From Nitrospirota bacterium (lineage in GTDB: Bacteria; Nitrospirota; UBA9217), in assembly GCA_963749655.1 (NCBI GenBank), contig CAVVOB010000029.1, positions 1 through 64,000 on the forward strand: DNA of 64,000 nt, given 5' to 3'. The notes under the pieces are model-generated. The model was not told the origin of the DNA, searched no databases, and saw only the letters and a program-made list of their open reading frames with translations. Of the stretch, positions 29,459-38,938 are shown piece after piece (position 1 is the stretch's first letter; each line of letters starts with the position of its first letter). A program made the translations under genes and the position numbers.

Positions 29459-30835
29459 GGGTCTTCCGGGTTTAGTGTGGGTCATTTATAGCATCTGGGA
29501 GAAAGGAAGTCAGCACCTTCAGCTGAAGATACTCTTTATCCTTTATGCCATAAGCCCGACGTTGAATTACCCGAATCTTGTTGTTTAATCCCTCCATGAA
29601 CCCGAGGGAGACCTTGTTGTCGGGATGACAGTAACTGATGATTCCATCCCAGTGGCGTTCGATCATTGCAGCAAACTTTTGAAACGGTTCCAAGCGGCTC
29701 CAGCGAAGCTGTTCTTTCCAGTTCTCAAAGAACTTCCGTGCCCAGGTCGGATTGTTGTATGACCACAGCTGGCCGAAAGATTCCTTGAGTAAATAAGCCT
29801 TGTGAAGGCGGCTATTGGCCTTGAGTAGGAGTTTCAAAGCCCGCTTGCCATTCATATCCAGGTTGTCCCGGTTTGAAAGCAGCGTATAGCGCTGGCCCTT
29901 GATGAACCGTCGTTCTTTGTCATTGACACGTTTGTATTCGCTCCGCCTAACCTCATCCAAGGCGAACGACAGGTGCCGGAGTACATGGAACTTGTCGAAG
30001 ACGAGCTGAGCGTCCGGTGCATGGTGTTTAGTAGCGTTTCTGAAAGGCTTCCACATATCCATGACCGCCAGCTTGATGCCCTTCGATATATCCGGTCCAA
30101 TTTCATTGAAGAAGAGGTCTAAATCCTCTTCCTTGCGGCCGTTGCCGCCAAGCCATATCGGGCGCTGCTGATCCAGATCGGCAACAACGATTGCATAGGT
30201 ATGGCCCTTACGGATGGATATTTCATCGATGCCGATCACGCGAAGGTCCTTGGACGGCGGGTGCTTCGCCAGCAAATCACGCATGTAGCTTTTCTCGATG
30301 CGCTGGACCTGGTCCCAGCTTAAGCGGTTCATCTCAGCTACTCGCGATATGGACATTTCACGACACTGACGCCCAATGGCCTGTTCGAACCGTCCGGTGA
30401 ATCTCTTGGATGATGCCAGCCAGGCAAGGGTCTCTCGCTTCACGGCTTGGCACCTCCGGCAGAATATGCGGCGATACTCGAACTCGAGAGGATCCGAATG
30501 CCGCCGGAGTCCAGATCTCTGACCCGATGGTTGACGCGATCGTAGAAGCCTCGTCGGCTACTGCCACAGGAACAGGTAGTTTTTTTTGCCGTCGTCGCAG
30601 GATGATAATACGACCACCGGGATCGTCCGGGTCATCCTTTAACCGTGACTGGGCTCGAAATCCCGGAAAGCTATAGAGCGAGCTAAGGGTGGTCTTCTTC
30701 ATAAGGCAAGACGATACCCTTTGCACCGAAACGTGTCAAGTTATCAAAGAGCAATAAATCGTTAAAAGCAGCTTCAAATGGGCCTTATATCCATATATAT
30801 GCTTCTTAGTGACCCACAGGAAAGTCAGAAGATCC
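29459..30835 (-). mobile_element. ISL3-family insertion sequence (1377 bp)
   Basis: IRs GGGTCTTCC...TGTGGGTCA / TGACCCACA...GAAGATCC; 8-bp target duplication ATAAATAT at 29451-29458 and 30836-30843. Confidence 0.92.
29472..30702 (-). CDS. ISL3-family transposase, split 5' end
   Basis: IGIDEISIRKGHTY, VMDMWKPF, FDKFHV, EGLNNKIRVIQRRAYG; A8 tract (T8 at 30580-30587) near a frame break. Confidence 0.9.
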
Positions 30836-30942
30836 ATAAATATAACGGCTTTCATTTTGCTTGTTCGGATAGTGCCGATAACCATGCGGCGAATTATGAA
30901 AAAACACTATCGAAGTGGGAACTGAGTTAAACGAACAACAAA

Positions 30943-31001
30943 AGATAACCTGCGCCTCGACAGCGACGCGCCAAAGGCGGCGCGTCAGCCGCGCGTTGAA
31001 C
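30943..31001 (+). other. attC 19, IS1182 inserted at its GTT
   Basis: AGATAAC complements GTTATCT at 28917; ends GTT|GAAC. Confidence 0.9.
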
Positions 31002-32791
31002 CTGTAGGAAAAGTCATTTCATGCTATAATGACGCCATCGAAACGCAGTACGGAAGCATCAAAACCCCTCACCCACGGGAGCGCGCATGGCGAAATACAA
31101 ACATTACGATTATTCCCAAGGCAAATTCATTCCGATCAACTTCGACAAACAGATCCTCCACGGCACCTTCGAACACACCCTCCATTATCTCATCGACAAC
31201 GACATCGACCTGTCCGCTTTTGACCTCCGGTACAAGAACGACGAAACCGGCGCTCCGGCCTACGATCCCCGGATTCTCTTAAAGATCGTCCTCTACGCCT
31301 ATTCCAAAGGAATCACCTCAAGCAGAAAGATCGCCGACTGCTGCAACGATAACGTCGTCTTCATGGCCCTTTCCGCCGACACCCGGCCCCACTTCACGAC
31401 AATCGCCGACTTCATCTCCTCCCATGACCAGGAAACGATGAACCTCTTCCTCGAAGTCCTCCTGATCTGCGACCAGATGGGCCTGATCGGCAAAGAGATG
31501 TTCGCCGTAGACGGCTGCAAACTCCCCTCGAACGCCTCGAAGGAGTGGAGCGGTACCAAGGAAGAACTCGAACATAAGAAAGAGAAGATGGAGAAGGCCA
31601 TCCGGGAGATGATCGCGCAGCACAAGGAGCGGGACAAAACCGAGACCGACCAGGCGGTCATCGAGAAAGAAGAACAGTACATTTCAACGCTCAAGGCGAA
31701 GATCAAGAAGATAAAGACCTGGCTTGCTGAAAACGACGACAAGCCCGGCAGCAAGGGCAAGCCCCGGAAGAGCAACATAACCGATAACGAAAGCGCCAAT
31801 ATGAAGACTTCGCACGGGGTTGTCCAGGGATACAACGGCGTAGCCATGGTGGACAGCAAACACCAGGTAGTGGTCCATGCAGAGGCGACCGGAGACTCCG
31901 AATCCGCAATACTGAAACCCATGGTCGAAGGAACCCGGGAGAACTTCGAGACAATCGGCAAAGAAGAGGACATCTTCAAAAAGACCAAACTGACGACCGA
32001 CGCCGGCTTCCACTCCGAAAAGAACGTGGAGATGGTAATCGAGGACGGCATCGACGCATACATCGCCGACAACAAGTTCCGACACCGCGATCCCCGGTTT
32101 GCCGAAGCGGACAGACACAAGGAGAGGTTCAACAAGGAAGTTGCCAAACGATTCGACCGAGCCATCATCTTTCAACCGCGCGACTTCACGGTAAGCCCGG
32201 ACAAAAGCTTCTGCATCTGCCCGGCCGGGAAACGGATGTACAAATGCGGCAATGCGATCCATAATGGACTACAGGCGATCAAGTACCACGGAACAAAACG
32301 AGATTGCATCCCTTGTCAGCTCAGGGCGAAGTGCATGAAGAACCCCGACGTGACCGAAACCCGTCAGTTCGCCCACTTTACCGGAAGGACCGACCAACAA
32401 GAACAAGACGTTCACGCAGAAGATGCGGGAGAAGATAGACTCGGTAGCCGGCAAGCTGATCTACGGACGAAGAATGGCGACGGTCGAACCGGTCTTTGCC
32501 AATGTCCGGAGCAGCCTCGGCCTCGATCACTTCAGCCTCAGAGGGAAAAAGAAGGTGAGCATTCAGTGGCGGCTCTACTGCGTCGTGCACAATCTATTGA
32601 AGGTGCATCGATACGGGTTTGGATTCGCGGGTAGTTGAGGTAAAGGGAAGCCGAAAGGGAAAGAAAATGCAGTAGCGAGATCGACCAGGACCGATTGAAT
32701 CACGCAAAAGCTCAAATCAAGAACTCACCCTGATAAAAACTTGCTACCGGGGATCAATGATGCTTTTCAAATCGACTTTTTCTACAGACTC
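30998..32791 (+). mobile_element. IS1182-family insertion sequence, copy 2 (1794 bp)
   Basis: Same IRs as copy 1; GTT at 30995-30997 and 32792-32794. Confidence 0.92.
31087..32638 (+). CDS. IS1182-family transposase, frameshift near 32397
   Basis: Close but non-identical homologue of 22428-23974. Confidence 0.9.
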
Positions 32792-32794
32792 GTT

Positions 32795-32826
32795 GGGGTT
32801 CAAAAAGGGACTTATTCTACAGACTC
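32795..32826 (+). mobile_element. Right-end remnant of the MITE (32 bp)
   Basis: Identical to 21280-21311 and followed by GTT at 32827. Confidence 0.88.
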
Positions 32827-32861
32827 GTTATTCATACCGACGATGGAGGCACTCTCTCCCA

Positions 32862-33851
32862 ATGAGAAAAGGAACCTTTTTAAATTTGTGCGCATGTCTC
32901 GTCATATTTACATTTCCACATGATGTTCATGCAGACGATTCCGTTTACAGTGGGGATGGCATTGACGTTTACCCTTTACAAAGCGCGAACATTCAAATGG
33001 TCTCCGAAACAATCACCATTTCAGACAAGGGCGGCAGAGAAAGATTCGGCGTTGATGTCGATATGATCTTCAAGAATCACGGGCCTGATACTACGGTACA
33101 GATGGGGTTCCCAATTTTGATGGATGAGGTAGACGGCGAACGAGTAGAATTTGATCCGCATTTTCGGACTTGGGTTAATGGAAAGGAAGTTCAAACCACT
33201 AGGAAACGCGGCATTCCACATCCAGTAAAGGATTATTATCATTTTTCTGATGCCGTTTATGCTTACGCCGTCTCTTTCAAGAGCGGAGAATCAATAAAAA
33301 TAAAACATCAATATGCTGTTGGTGGCACTTTTGATTCGATTGGCGGCTGGAACTTCACTTACATTTTACGAACGGGCGCCTTGTGGAAAGGTGTGATTGA
33401 AGATTTTTCTATGATTTATAAAACCAACGTCGTGAATGCCCCCAACATTATTGGCTCACTCCCGAAGGAACAGAAGGCATCCTTGGATGGCTCGGAGATA
33501 ACTCTTTTCTGGCACATAAATAACTTTAAACCGCAAAGTGATTTCAAATTGATAGGGGGCAGCTCAAGTTTCGCGTTAATGAAGCAAACCGTGGATGAAG
33601 ATTTGAGAGGTGTTAAAAAATTTACGTTGATTATGACTTCTGCAGAGCTGAGATACGCCAAGAATAAGGTCTTCGCATTTTATGGCTATCCTTTCAAAAA
33701 TGCTTTTGTTAAAAAGCAATTTTATTATCCGGGTTCGCAATACAAGGAAAACTCTTCCTATTCCGAGCAGAAGGTGTCGAAGGAACATTTGAGCTACATT
33801 GAGTTGTTGTCAAAGCTCGAAGAAGCTAGGTTGAAATCAGAGAAATTCTAA
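32862..33851 (+). CDS. Cassette 20: secreted DUF4424-like protein with YARHG-like C-terminus
   Basis: Signal peptide; IQMVSETITI, YILRTGALWKG; ELRYAKNKVFAFYGYPFK. Confidence 0.7.
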   Translation: MRKGTFLNLCACLVIFTFPHDVHADDSVYSGDGIDVYPLQSANIQMVSETITISDKGGRERFGVDVDMIFKNHGPDTTVQMGFPILMDEVDGERVEFDPHFRTWVNGKEVQTTRKRGIPHPVKDYYHFSDAVYAYAVSFKSGESIKIKHQYAVGGTFDSIGGWNFTYILRTGALWKGVIEDFSMIYKTNVVNAPNIIGSLPKEQKASLDGSEITLFWHINNFKPQSDFKLIGGSSSFALMKQTVDEDLRGVKKFTLIMTSAELRYAKNKVFAFYGYPFKNAFVKKQFYYPGSQYKENSSYSEQKVSKEHLSYIELLSKLEEARLKSEKF

Positions 33852-33853
33852 GC

Positions 33854-33910
33854 GTATAACATGCCGGTCCACAGCGACGCGCCTTGCGGCGCGTGACCGG
33901 CTCGTTAGTT
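33854..33910 (+). other. attC 20
   Basis: GTATAAC...GTTAGTT. Confidence 0.9.
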
Positions 33911-34129
33911 TTCAGGATCACTCGGCAATTCATGCCAATGCGTAAATGCGTTTATATCCTGCGCTCCGGCACGTCCAATGCAAGACCAATATGCGTCTTT
34001 CGTCCACATAGACAATGAACCAAGTGCTTTAACGCAACCATGCGGCTCAAATGAAAAATGCCTGTTGATATTAACAAGAGCCACAACGGTATCAGGAGAA
34101 GGTAGTTTCTCTTTTATAGAAATCCACAT
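33905..34129 (-). CDS. Cassette 21: reverse-oriented DUF551-like phage protein
   Basis: MWISIKEKLP...FTHWHELPSDP. Confidence 0.75.
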   Translation of the reverse strand: MWISIKEKLPSPDTVVALVNINRHFSFEPHGCVKALGSLSMWTKDAYWSCIGRAGAQDINAFTHWHELPSDPEN

Positions 34130-34151
34130 ACTGCCTTTCCGCGCCCTGGAA

Positions 34152-34210
34152 AACTAACCAGAGTGCTCGACACCCGCGCTAAAGTCGCGGGGTTCAGCTT
34201 CGCGTTAACT
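34152..34210 (+). other. attC 21
   Basis: AACTAAC complements GTTAGTT; CCCGCG/CGCGGG; GTTAACT. Confidence 0.88.
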
Positions 34211-34218
34211 CTAAGAAT

Positions 34219-34569
34219 ATGAAAATATCATCTACTGAATTACAGAGGCTGGCCATAGCCGTCCATGACGCCATAATTGAGCAGCCAACAGATCTAAGAC
34301 GCCTTAGTTCATCGATGGAGGACCTTCTTTCTTTTCTAACAACGACTACAGGGCGTACTGATCAGAACTGCCAAGAAACAGATTCATATTTCTGTTTGCA
34401 CGAAGACAACGGCTTTAATTGGGGCCATCTTCCGGAAGAGTATCAATTAATCCTTGATGATATCGGAGGCCAACTGCACGATACGGTCATGAGCCCCAAT
34501 ATCGCCTCAAACTTTGAAAGCACCCCAGAACAACTGCTGGAGAGAGTCCGAAAACTAAAGAACAAGTAA
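34219..34569 (+). CDS. Cassette 22: hypothetical protein
   Basis: 116 aa ORF filling the cassette. Confidence 0.7.
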   Translation: MKISSTELQRLAIAVHDAIIEQPTDLRRLSSSMEDLLSFLTTTTGRTDQNCQETDSYFCLHEDNGFNWGHLPEEYQLILDDIGGQLHDTVMSPNIASNFESTPEQLLERVRKLKNK

Positions 34570-34630
34570 CGTTAACAACCGCGTCCACAGCGACGCGCCA
34601 GAAGGCGGCGCGTGACCCGCGTCGTTATGC
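34570..34630 (+). other. attC 22
   Basis: CGTTAAC...GTTATGC; nearly identical to attC 9. Confidence 0.9.
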
Positions 34631-34658
34631 ACCCTTCTAACCCGAGAGGCCCTAGCTA

Positions 34659-35105
34659 ATGGCAAACCAACTTTTCTTCGCATGTCTCATGCTTGCTACA
34701 GGCATAGGTATCCCTGTTATGGCGGCGCTAAGCGCAACGTTGGGCACCAAGTACGGAAGCCCAGCGTTCGCCGCCTCTGTCTTGTTTCTGGTAGCGCTGT
34801 CTATTTCGGTTGCTTTCCTTTTCGCTGTTGAGGGCGGCCTGAGGCCATTCCCGAAAACATCGCTGCCGTTCTATTTCTACTCAGGTGGTGTGTTCGTAGC
34901 CTTTTACGTCCTCAGCGTCACCTGGGTAGCCCCACAATTCGGTGTCGGAAATGCTGTGGCTTTTGTACTTCTAGGCCAGCTCATATCCATGGCGGCCATA
35001 GATCAATTCGGGCTGTTGGGTGCTCCAACGCATGCCATCACTTTTCAGAGGTCTATCGGTCTCATTCTGATGTCGGTCGGCGTTTTTTTGGCCGTACGCC
35101 GCTGA
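34659..35105 (+). CDS. Cassette 23: DMT-superfamily (YdcZ-like) transporter
   Basis: 148 aa hydrophobic; FVLLGQLISMAAIDQFGLLG. Confidence 0.85.
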   Translation: MANQLFFACLMLATGIGIPVMAALSATLGTKYGSPAFAASVLFLVALSISVAFLFAVEGGLRPFPKTSLPFYFYSGGVFVAFYVLSVTWVAPQFGVGNAVAFVLLGQLISMAAIDQFGLLGAPTHAITFQRSIGLILMSVGVFLAVRR

Positions 35106-35120
35106 TAACATGCGCGGGGC

Positions 35121-35139
35121 GCATAACAATTCGTTAGTC
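35121..35139 (+). other. Truncated attC 23
   Basis: GCATAAC (complements GTTATGC) + AATTC + GTTAGTC; no hairpin. Confidence 0.55.
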
Positions 35140-35331
35140 CAGCATCGCGATGACACAGTAGCTTTCATCCGCTCCCACTTCTCCGTTGCATGGTATGAAT
35201 GTTCAGCACCACTTGTGCCTTTTTAGAGGCTGCAGAAGCATTGCTTATCGCCGCACTCCGTCCTAAATTCAACAAAAATGCCGGGTATAAGACGCCTGCC
35301 TCTTTCTTCTCCGAATCCGCAAAGCTCGCTC

Positions 35332-35360
35332 TTGCATAAATCAGAATATCGTTGTAAAAT
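35332..35360 (+). promoter_or_regulatory. Putative toxin-antitoxin promoter TTGCAT-N17-TAAAAT
   Basis: Sigma70-like boxes upstream of the antitoxin RBS. Confidence 0.55.
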
Positions 35361-35391
35361 CATCATAAAAAAGATGAAGGAGGCGACTTTA

Positions 35392-35622
35392 ATGCCAATG
35401 AAAGTTAAAGAAATCGAGGAAGAGGCACTTCGGCTTAGCTCGCATGAACGGGCTCTCCTTGTTGAGCACCTAATTGGGAGCTTGGAACCCGATGAAGATC
35501 CTGAAGCTGAGCGTTCTTGGATTGAAGAAGCCGAACGCCGCTATCAGGATTACAAGGCAGGAAAAGTAAAAACTATACCGGCTGAACAGGTTTTCAAAGA
35601 TGCCCGCTTGAAATTAAAATGA
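35392..35622 (+). CDS. Cassette 24: addiction-module antitoxin
   Basis: EALRLSSHERALLVEHLIGSL...WIEEAERR; AGGAGG RBS. Confidence 0.88.
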   Translation: MPMKVKEIEEEALRLSSHERALLVEHLIGSLEPDEDPEAERSWIEEAERRYQDYKAGKVKTIPAEQVFKDARLKLK

Positions 35623-35924
35623 TGCCAGTCGACTTTCTTCCAGAGGCTGATCAGGAAATGATCGAGGCTGCTCGCTACTATCAGTCTCTGTCTTCGGGCT
35701 TAGGTGATGATTATCTCGCCGAGGTCGAACACGCTGTTCAATCCATAGCATCGTCCCCCCAAACATGGCCGGTTCTTGAAGGTAATTTGAGAAGACGGCT
35801 TATCAAAAGATTCCCCTTCGGTATTTTATACAGAATTGAGCCTGACAAAATCCTTATAATTGCTGTTGCACATCTGCGCAAGAAACCCGGATATTGGAAG
35901 AAAAGAATCAGTCAAAGTGAATAG
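35619..35924 (+). CDS. Cassette 24: RelE/ParE-family toxin
   Basis: RRRLIKRFPFGILY...IIAVAHLRKKPGYW; overlaps the antitoxin stop. Confidence 0.9.
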   Translation: MMPVDFLPEADQEMIEAARYYQSLSSGLGDDYLAEVEHAVQSIASSPQTWPVLEGNLRRRLIKRFPFGILYRIEPDKILIIAVAHLRKKPGYWKKRISQSE

Positions 35925-35931
35925 GCTGTCA

Positions 35932-35990
35932 TTCCAACCTGCGCGTCCACAGCGACGCGCCAGAAGGCGGCGGTCAGGCGCGCGTTAAAA
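35932..35990 (+). other. attC 24, last in the array
   Basis: TTCCAAC...GTTAAAA. Confidence 0.85.
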
Positions 35991-36031
35991 ACGTTTTTAT
36001 CTCTTATCTTATTCCCAGACGGAGGACGAAT

Positions 36032-36442
36032 GTGCTGAAGTCTAAATTTTCCGATATCAAATTCAAGGCTGTACTTGTCGGGGCAGTCGTTGACAACGCA
36101 GGGACCCTGCTCCTCATGACGGTCCTGGCGAGCGCTCTGGTGTCGACGGGCCTTACCGAAGACGAAGTCATGGGCCGTATGAAGAGCACGAGCGGACTGC
36201 TTCTGGGGCTTATTGTCGGACTGAGCTGCACGATCACGGGCAGCTACTTCGCAGGCAGAATTGCAGGCCGGGCGCAGGTCCTTCACGGAGTGTTGGTAGC
36301 GCTGATCGGAATGACCCTTGCGCTGATCTTCCGGGAAAAAGGCTCCCCCCTATGGTTCGACATTGCAGGGTTTGTGGGCATGCTTCCTGCCGGGATTGCC
36401 GGGGGATATCTGGCGCAAAAACACCAGCCTGTCCCGAAGTGA
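36032..36442 (+). CDS. Small membrane protein
   Basis: 136 aa, about four TM helices; GGAGG RBS. Confidence 0.7.
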   Translation: MLKSKFSDIKFKAVLVGAVVDNAGTLLLMTVLASALVSTGLTEDEVMGRMKSTSGLLLGLIVGLSCTITGSYFAGRIAGRAQVLHGVLVALIGMTLALIFREKGSPLWFDIAGFVGMLPAGIAGGYLAQKHQPVPK

Positions 36443-36565
36443 ACGGACCCCGCGAAAGCCGTCAGGTTGTTCGCAATTATTCACTTTCCCCTCTCCATCT
36501 GGTATAATGCAGGCGCTTCCAATCCGATTTCAGCAGGAATGTCGTAATACGGCAAAAAAGGCGCA

Positions 36566-36982
36566 ATGGGGAAAATACTTCTGATTGACGATGATGCGGC
36601 ATTTCTGAGACTCCTCGAAGGCTATGTCGAGGAGCGGTATCCCGAACTCGAGGTACTGACCTGCAATGATCCTCTCAAGTGCCTCATCAAGATCACCCAG
36701 GACCTCGACCTGCTGCTTGTGGACCTGGAGATGCCGGGGCTGGACGGATCAAAGATCCTGTCCTACGCCGTGGCCAAGGGAGTGAGCAAGAACCGCATCA
36801 TCATCATTTCCGGCAGGGACGCCGATTACCTCCATCAGCGGTTCCCCATGGGCAGCTGCCTCGCGGTCCTGAACAAATACGAGGGCAGACAGCGGGATGT
36901 GCTGGACATGATCTTTAGGTCCCTTCAGAAAAAGAGCTCCTACGGGGAGAACCGAGGTACTTCTCGAGGCGGTCAATCCTGA
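36566..36982 (+). CDS. Single-domain response regulator
   Basis: KILLIDDD...DLLLVDLEMPGLDG. Confidence 0.85.
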   Translation: MGKILLIDDDAAFLRLLEGYVEERYPELEVLTCNDPLKCLIKITQDLDLLLVDLEMPGLDGSKILSYAVAKGVSKNRIIIISGRDADYLHQRFPMGSCLAVLNKYEGRQRDVLDMIFRSLQKKSSYGENRGTSRGGQS

Positions 36983-38111
36983 AATACATCAGGAGCCGTA
37001 CAAAGGCCGGCGTGTGCAGCGGGTCTTCGGTCATGGCGAAAAGATGGCTTTCGCAGCCGCAGTCCGATGAACCGAAGCCGGGAACGCTCCATTCCGCGAT
37101 CTTGCCGAGCGCCGAGGCGATCGCGCACTCAAGGTCCTCGCTCGCGCGGACAGGCAGGGCTGCATGGTACTCCCCTGCTTCCCGGAGATAATCGATATGC
37201 CAGTGAAGATTCTTGATATGCCTCTTGTGCCGCTCGATCCGTTTCGTTAGATTCACCCTCGCCGATCCGACGTAGCAATAATATCCTTTCCTGAACTTGA
37301 TTTCACCGAGACCTCCGATCGAAAGCCTTCTGTCCCGCTTCAGGCGCAGGATAAAAATGTAGCTGCCGCTGTCATGGGCCTCGCGATCGACCACGTGCCA
37401 GGGAATCTCTATTGGATGGGTGCCTGCTATCGAAAGGTCCTCATTCCATTCCACGGCAACTGCCCTGACGGAAACAACATCTTTTACCGCCCTGAGCGTC
37501 CGGGAAAATTCCAGATCACTGTGCCACTCGGGAAGGAAATATCGGGCCTCGGGCCAGTGAACAATGAAAATGACATAAGCGGAATAGGTCCCTGATTTTG
37601 CGATGTCCGCCAGTTCAAGCAGGTGCTTCGTCCCCCGCGCCGTAACAGCGTCGGGAAACATGGCAATGCTGCTGCCGACGAGGGTGCAGGACTTTACTTC
37701 GGCAATGATCCGGACGGCCGTCTTTTTCGAGAAGAAAATCAAAGCGGCTCCGGCCCATGGCTGCTTCCGGCTTGACGATCTGCCGCTCCTTCCAGTCCCG
37801 GGACCCTGCCCTCCTCGATGAGACGCCTGGCCACGAGGTTGTTGACATGGGTATGAAGCATGATAGGACGGCCGTCATGCTCGACTGCCACGACTATAAA
37901 GTCCGTGCTGCCTTCATAGGACGGGGGATGTTGAACGAGATAGAGGATCGTGCCGGGAAAGAAGAGCTCCCAGAGCCTGCCGGGGTTGGGAAGATAGGCC
38001 CTGACCTTTCTCTCCGTCAATGCTGCATGCGACGATAAACCGGTTCGGTCTGCTTATAAAAACGCCTTTTTGAACGCCGCGAAAAAAGCTCACCGATAAT
38101 CCCTGGATCAA
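36915..38111 (-). CDS. sfsA: SfsA nuclease fused to a DUF123/GIY-YIG-like domain, frameshifted
   Basis: RPNRF, LPNPGRLWEL, EVKSCTLV, FPDAVTARGTKHL; C-terminal YCYVGSA...HWHIDYL...GFGSSDC. Confidence 0.85.
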
Positions 38112-38530
38112 TAGATCGATCCCTGCCGCGCAATGATGAAATCATGGACTTCCAGGAAGATGTTGAACCAGACCGCATCGACAACGGTTTCTACGGCGGC
38201 CCCGACCCAAAAGGTCGTTCCACTCTGGCGGCAGTGTTTGACGCGGATGCCGAAGGCGATCTCCTTTGAGAGCGAGAGCGATGCCGAGATAACGCATTCC
38301 GCGAAGAAATCCTTCTCGAAAGGAACCGGGCTTTCGAACAGGATACCGCCGCGGCTGAAGTTGCCGAGTTCCGCGCGCATAAAGGTTCCGTTCTTTTCTA
38401 CGCGAAGCTCGATATACTGACGATAAACCGTTGGAATGGTGTAACGCTCTTCCCTCCGTTTATCGTCAACTGCACTTCTTTGGGCCGCGAAAGCGAAAAA
38501 TGTACTTTCTTGTTCCTGCGCCATGCTCAT
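38108..38530 (-). CDS. PilZ domain protein
   Basis: KRREER and NFSRGG motifs. Confidence 0.75.
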   Translation of the reverse strand: MSMAQEQESTFFAFAAQRSAVDDKRREERYTIPTVYRQYIELRVEKNGTFMRAELGNFSRGGILFESPVPFEKDFFAECVISASLSLSKEIAFGIRVKHCRQSGTTFWVGAAVETVVDAVWFNIFLEVHDFIIARQGSIY

Positions 38531-38868
38531 ACCCCGCCAGGACCGATTCCGGACCGGCCCAGACATACAACCCCTGTCATAGTTTTCCCGCGGCGACCAT
38601 GCGATATATTATACATGAATATATCGGTCGCCCGAGCATAATGCACGCATCGTTCCGCGTTCCCGAATCCGAACTGTGGCAGAAACGGAAAGACCACGCT
38701 GCGATTACTGACACTCCTGACCGCCGTATCGCCCAGACTCAACCTGCTTTAAGATATGCTTCATGTGCCTGTCGGACGCACAGATAACAAAAAATTGCAA
38801 TCAGACCCTCCGTTCCCTCATTCCAACCCCTTGTTTTTCCGCTCCAATCATGTTTGTAAAAAAATTTC

Positions 38869-38915
38869 TTGACAGAACGGTTATCCATGGTAAGATTAGG
38901 ACTAAGTTAGTCCTA
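38869..38915 (+). promoter_or_regulatory. Promoter TTGACA-N16-TAAGAT followed by operator TAGGACTAAGTTAGTCCTA
   Basis: Perfect 9-1-9 palindrome at 38897-38915 directly after the -10 box. Confidence 0.75.
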
Positions 38916-38938
38916 TACTTTCACCTCAGGAGGTTGCA

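Larger units (their letters stand above)
28934..30930 (+). pseudogene. Cassette 19: hypothetical gene interrupted by ISL3
   Basis: Removing the IS and one target copy restores the frame ...VVIVNKY-NGFHFAC...KWELS* (stop 30928-30930). Confidence 0.8.
12745..35990 (+). mobile_element. Integron gene cassette array, about 24 cassettes
   Basis: 23 full-length and 1 truncated attC (56-62 bp, AAC...hairpin...GTT) separating AT-rich, mostly co-oriented ORFs. Confidence 0.95.

Noticed and set aside
13662-35990. Recurrent palindromes read as a CRISPR array or REP elements
   Set aside because: They are separated by gene-sized units, bounded by AAC/GTT cores and adjacent to intI; no cas genes
36032-36442. 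A 25th cassette
   Set aside because: No attC follows it and its composition resembles the backbone
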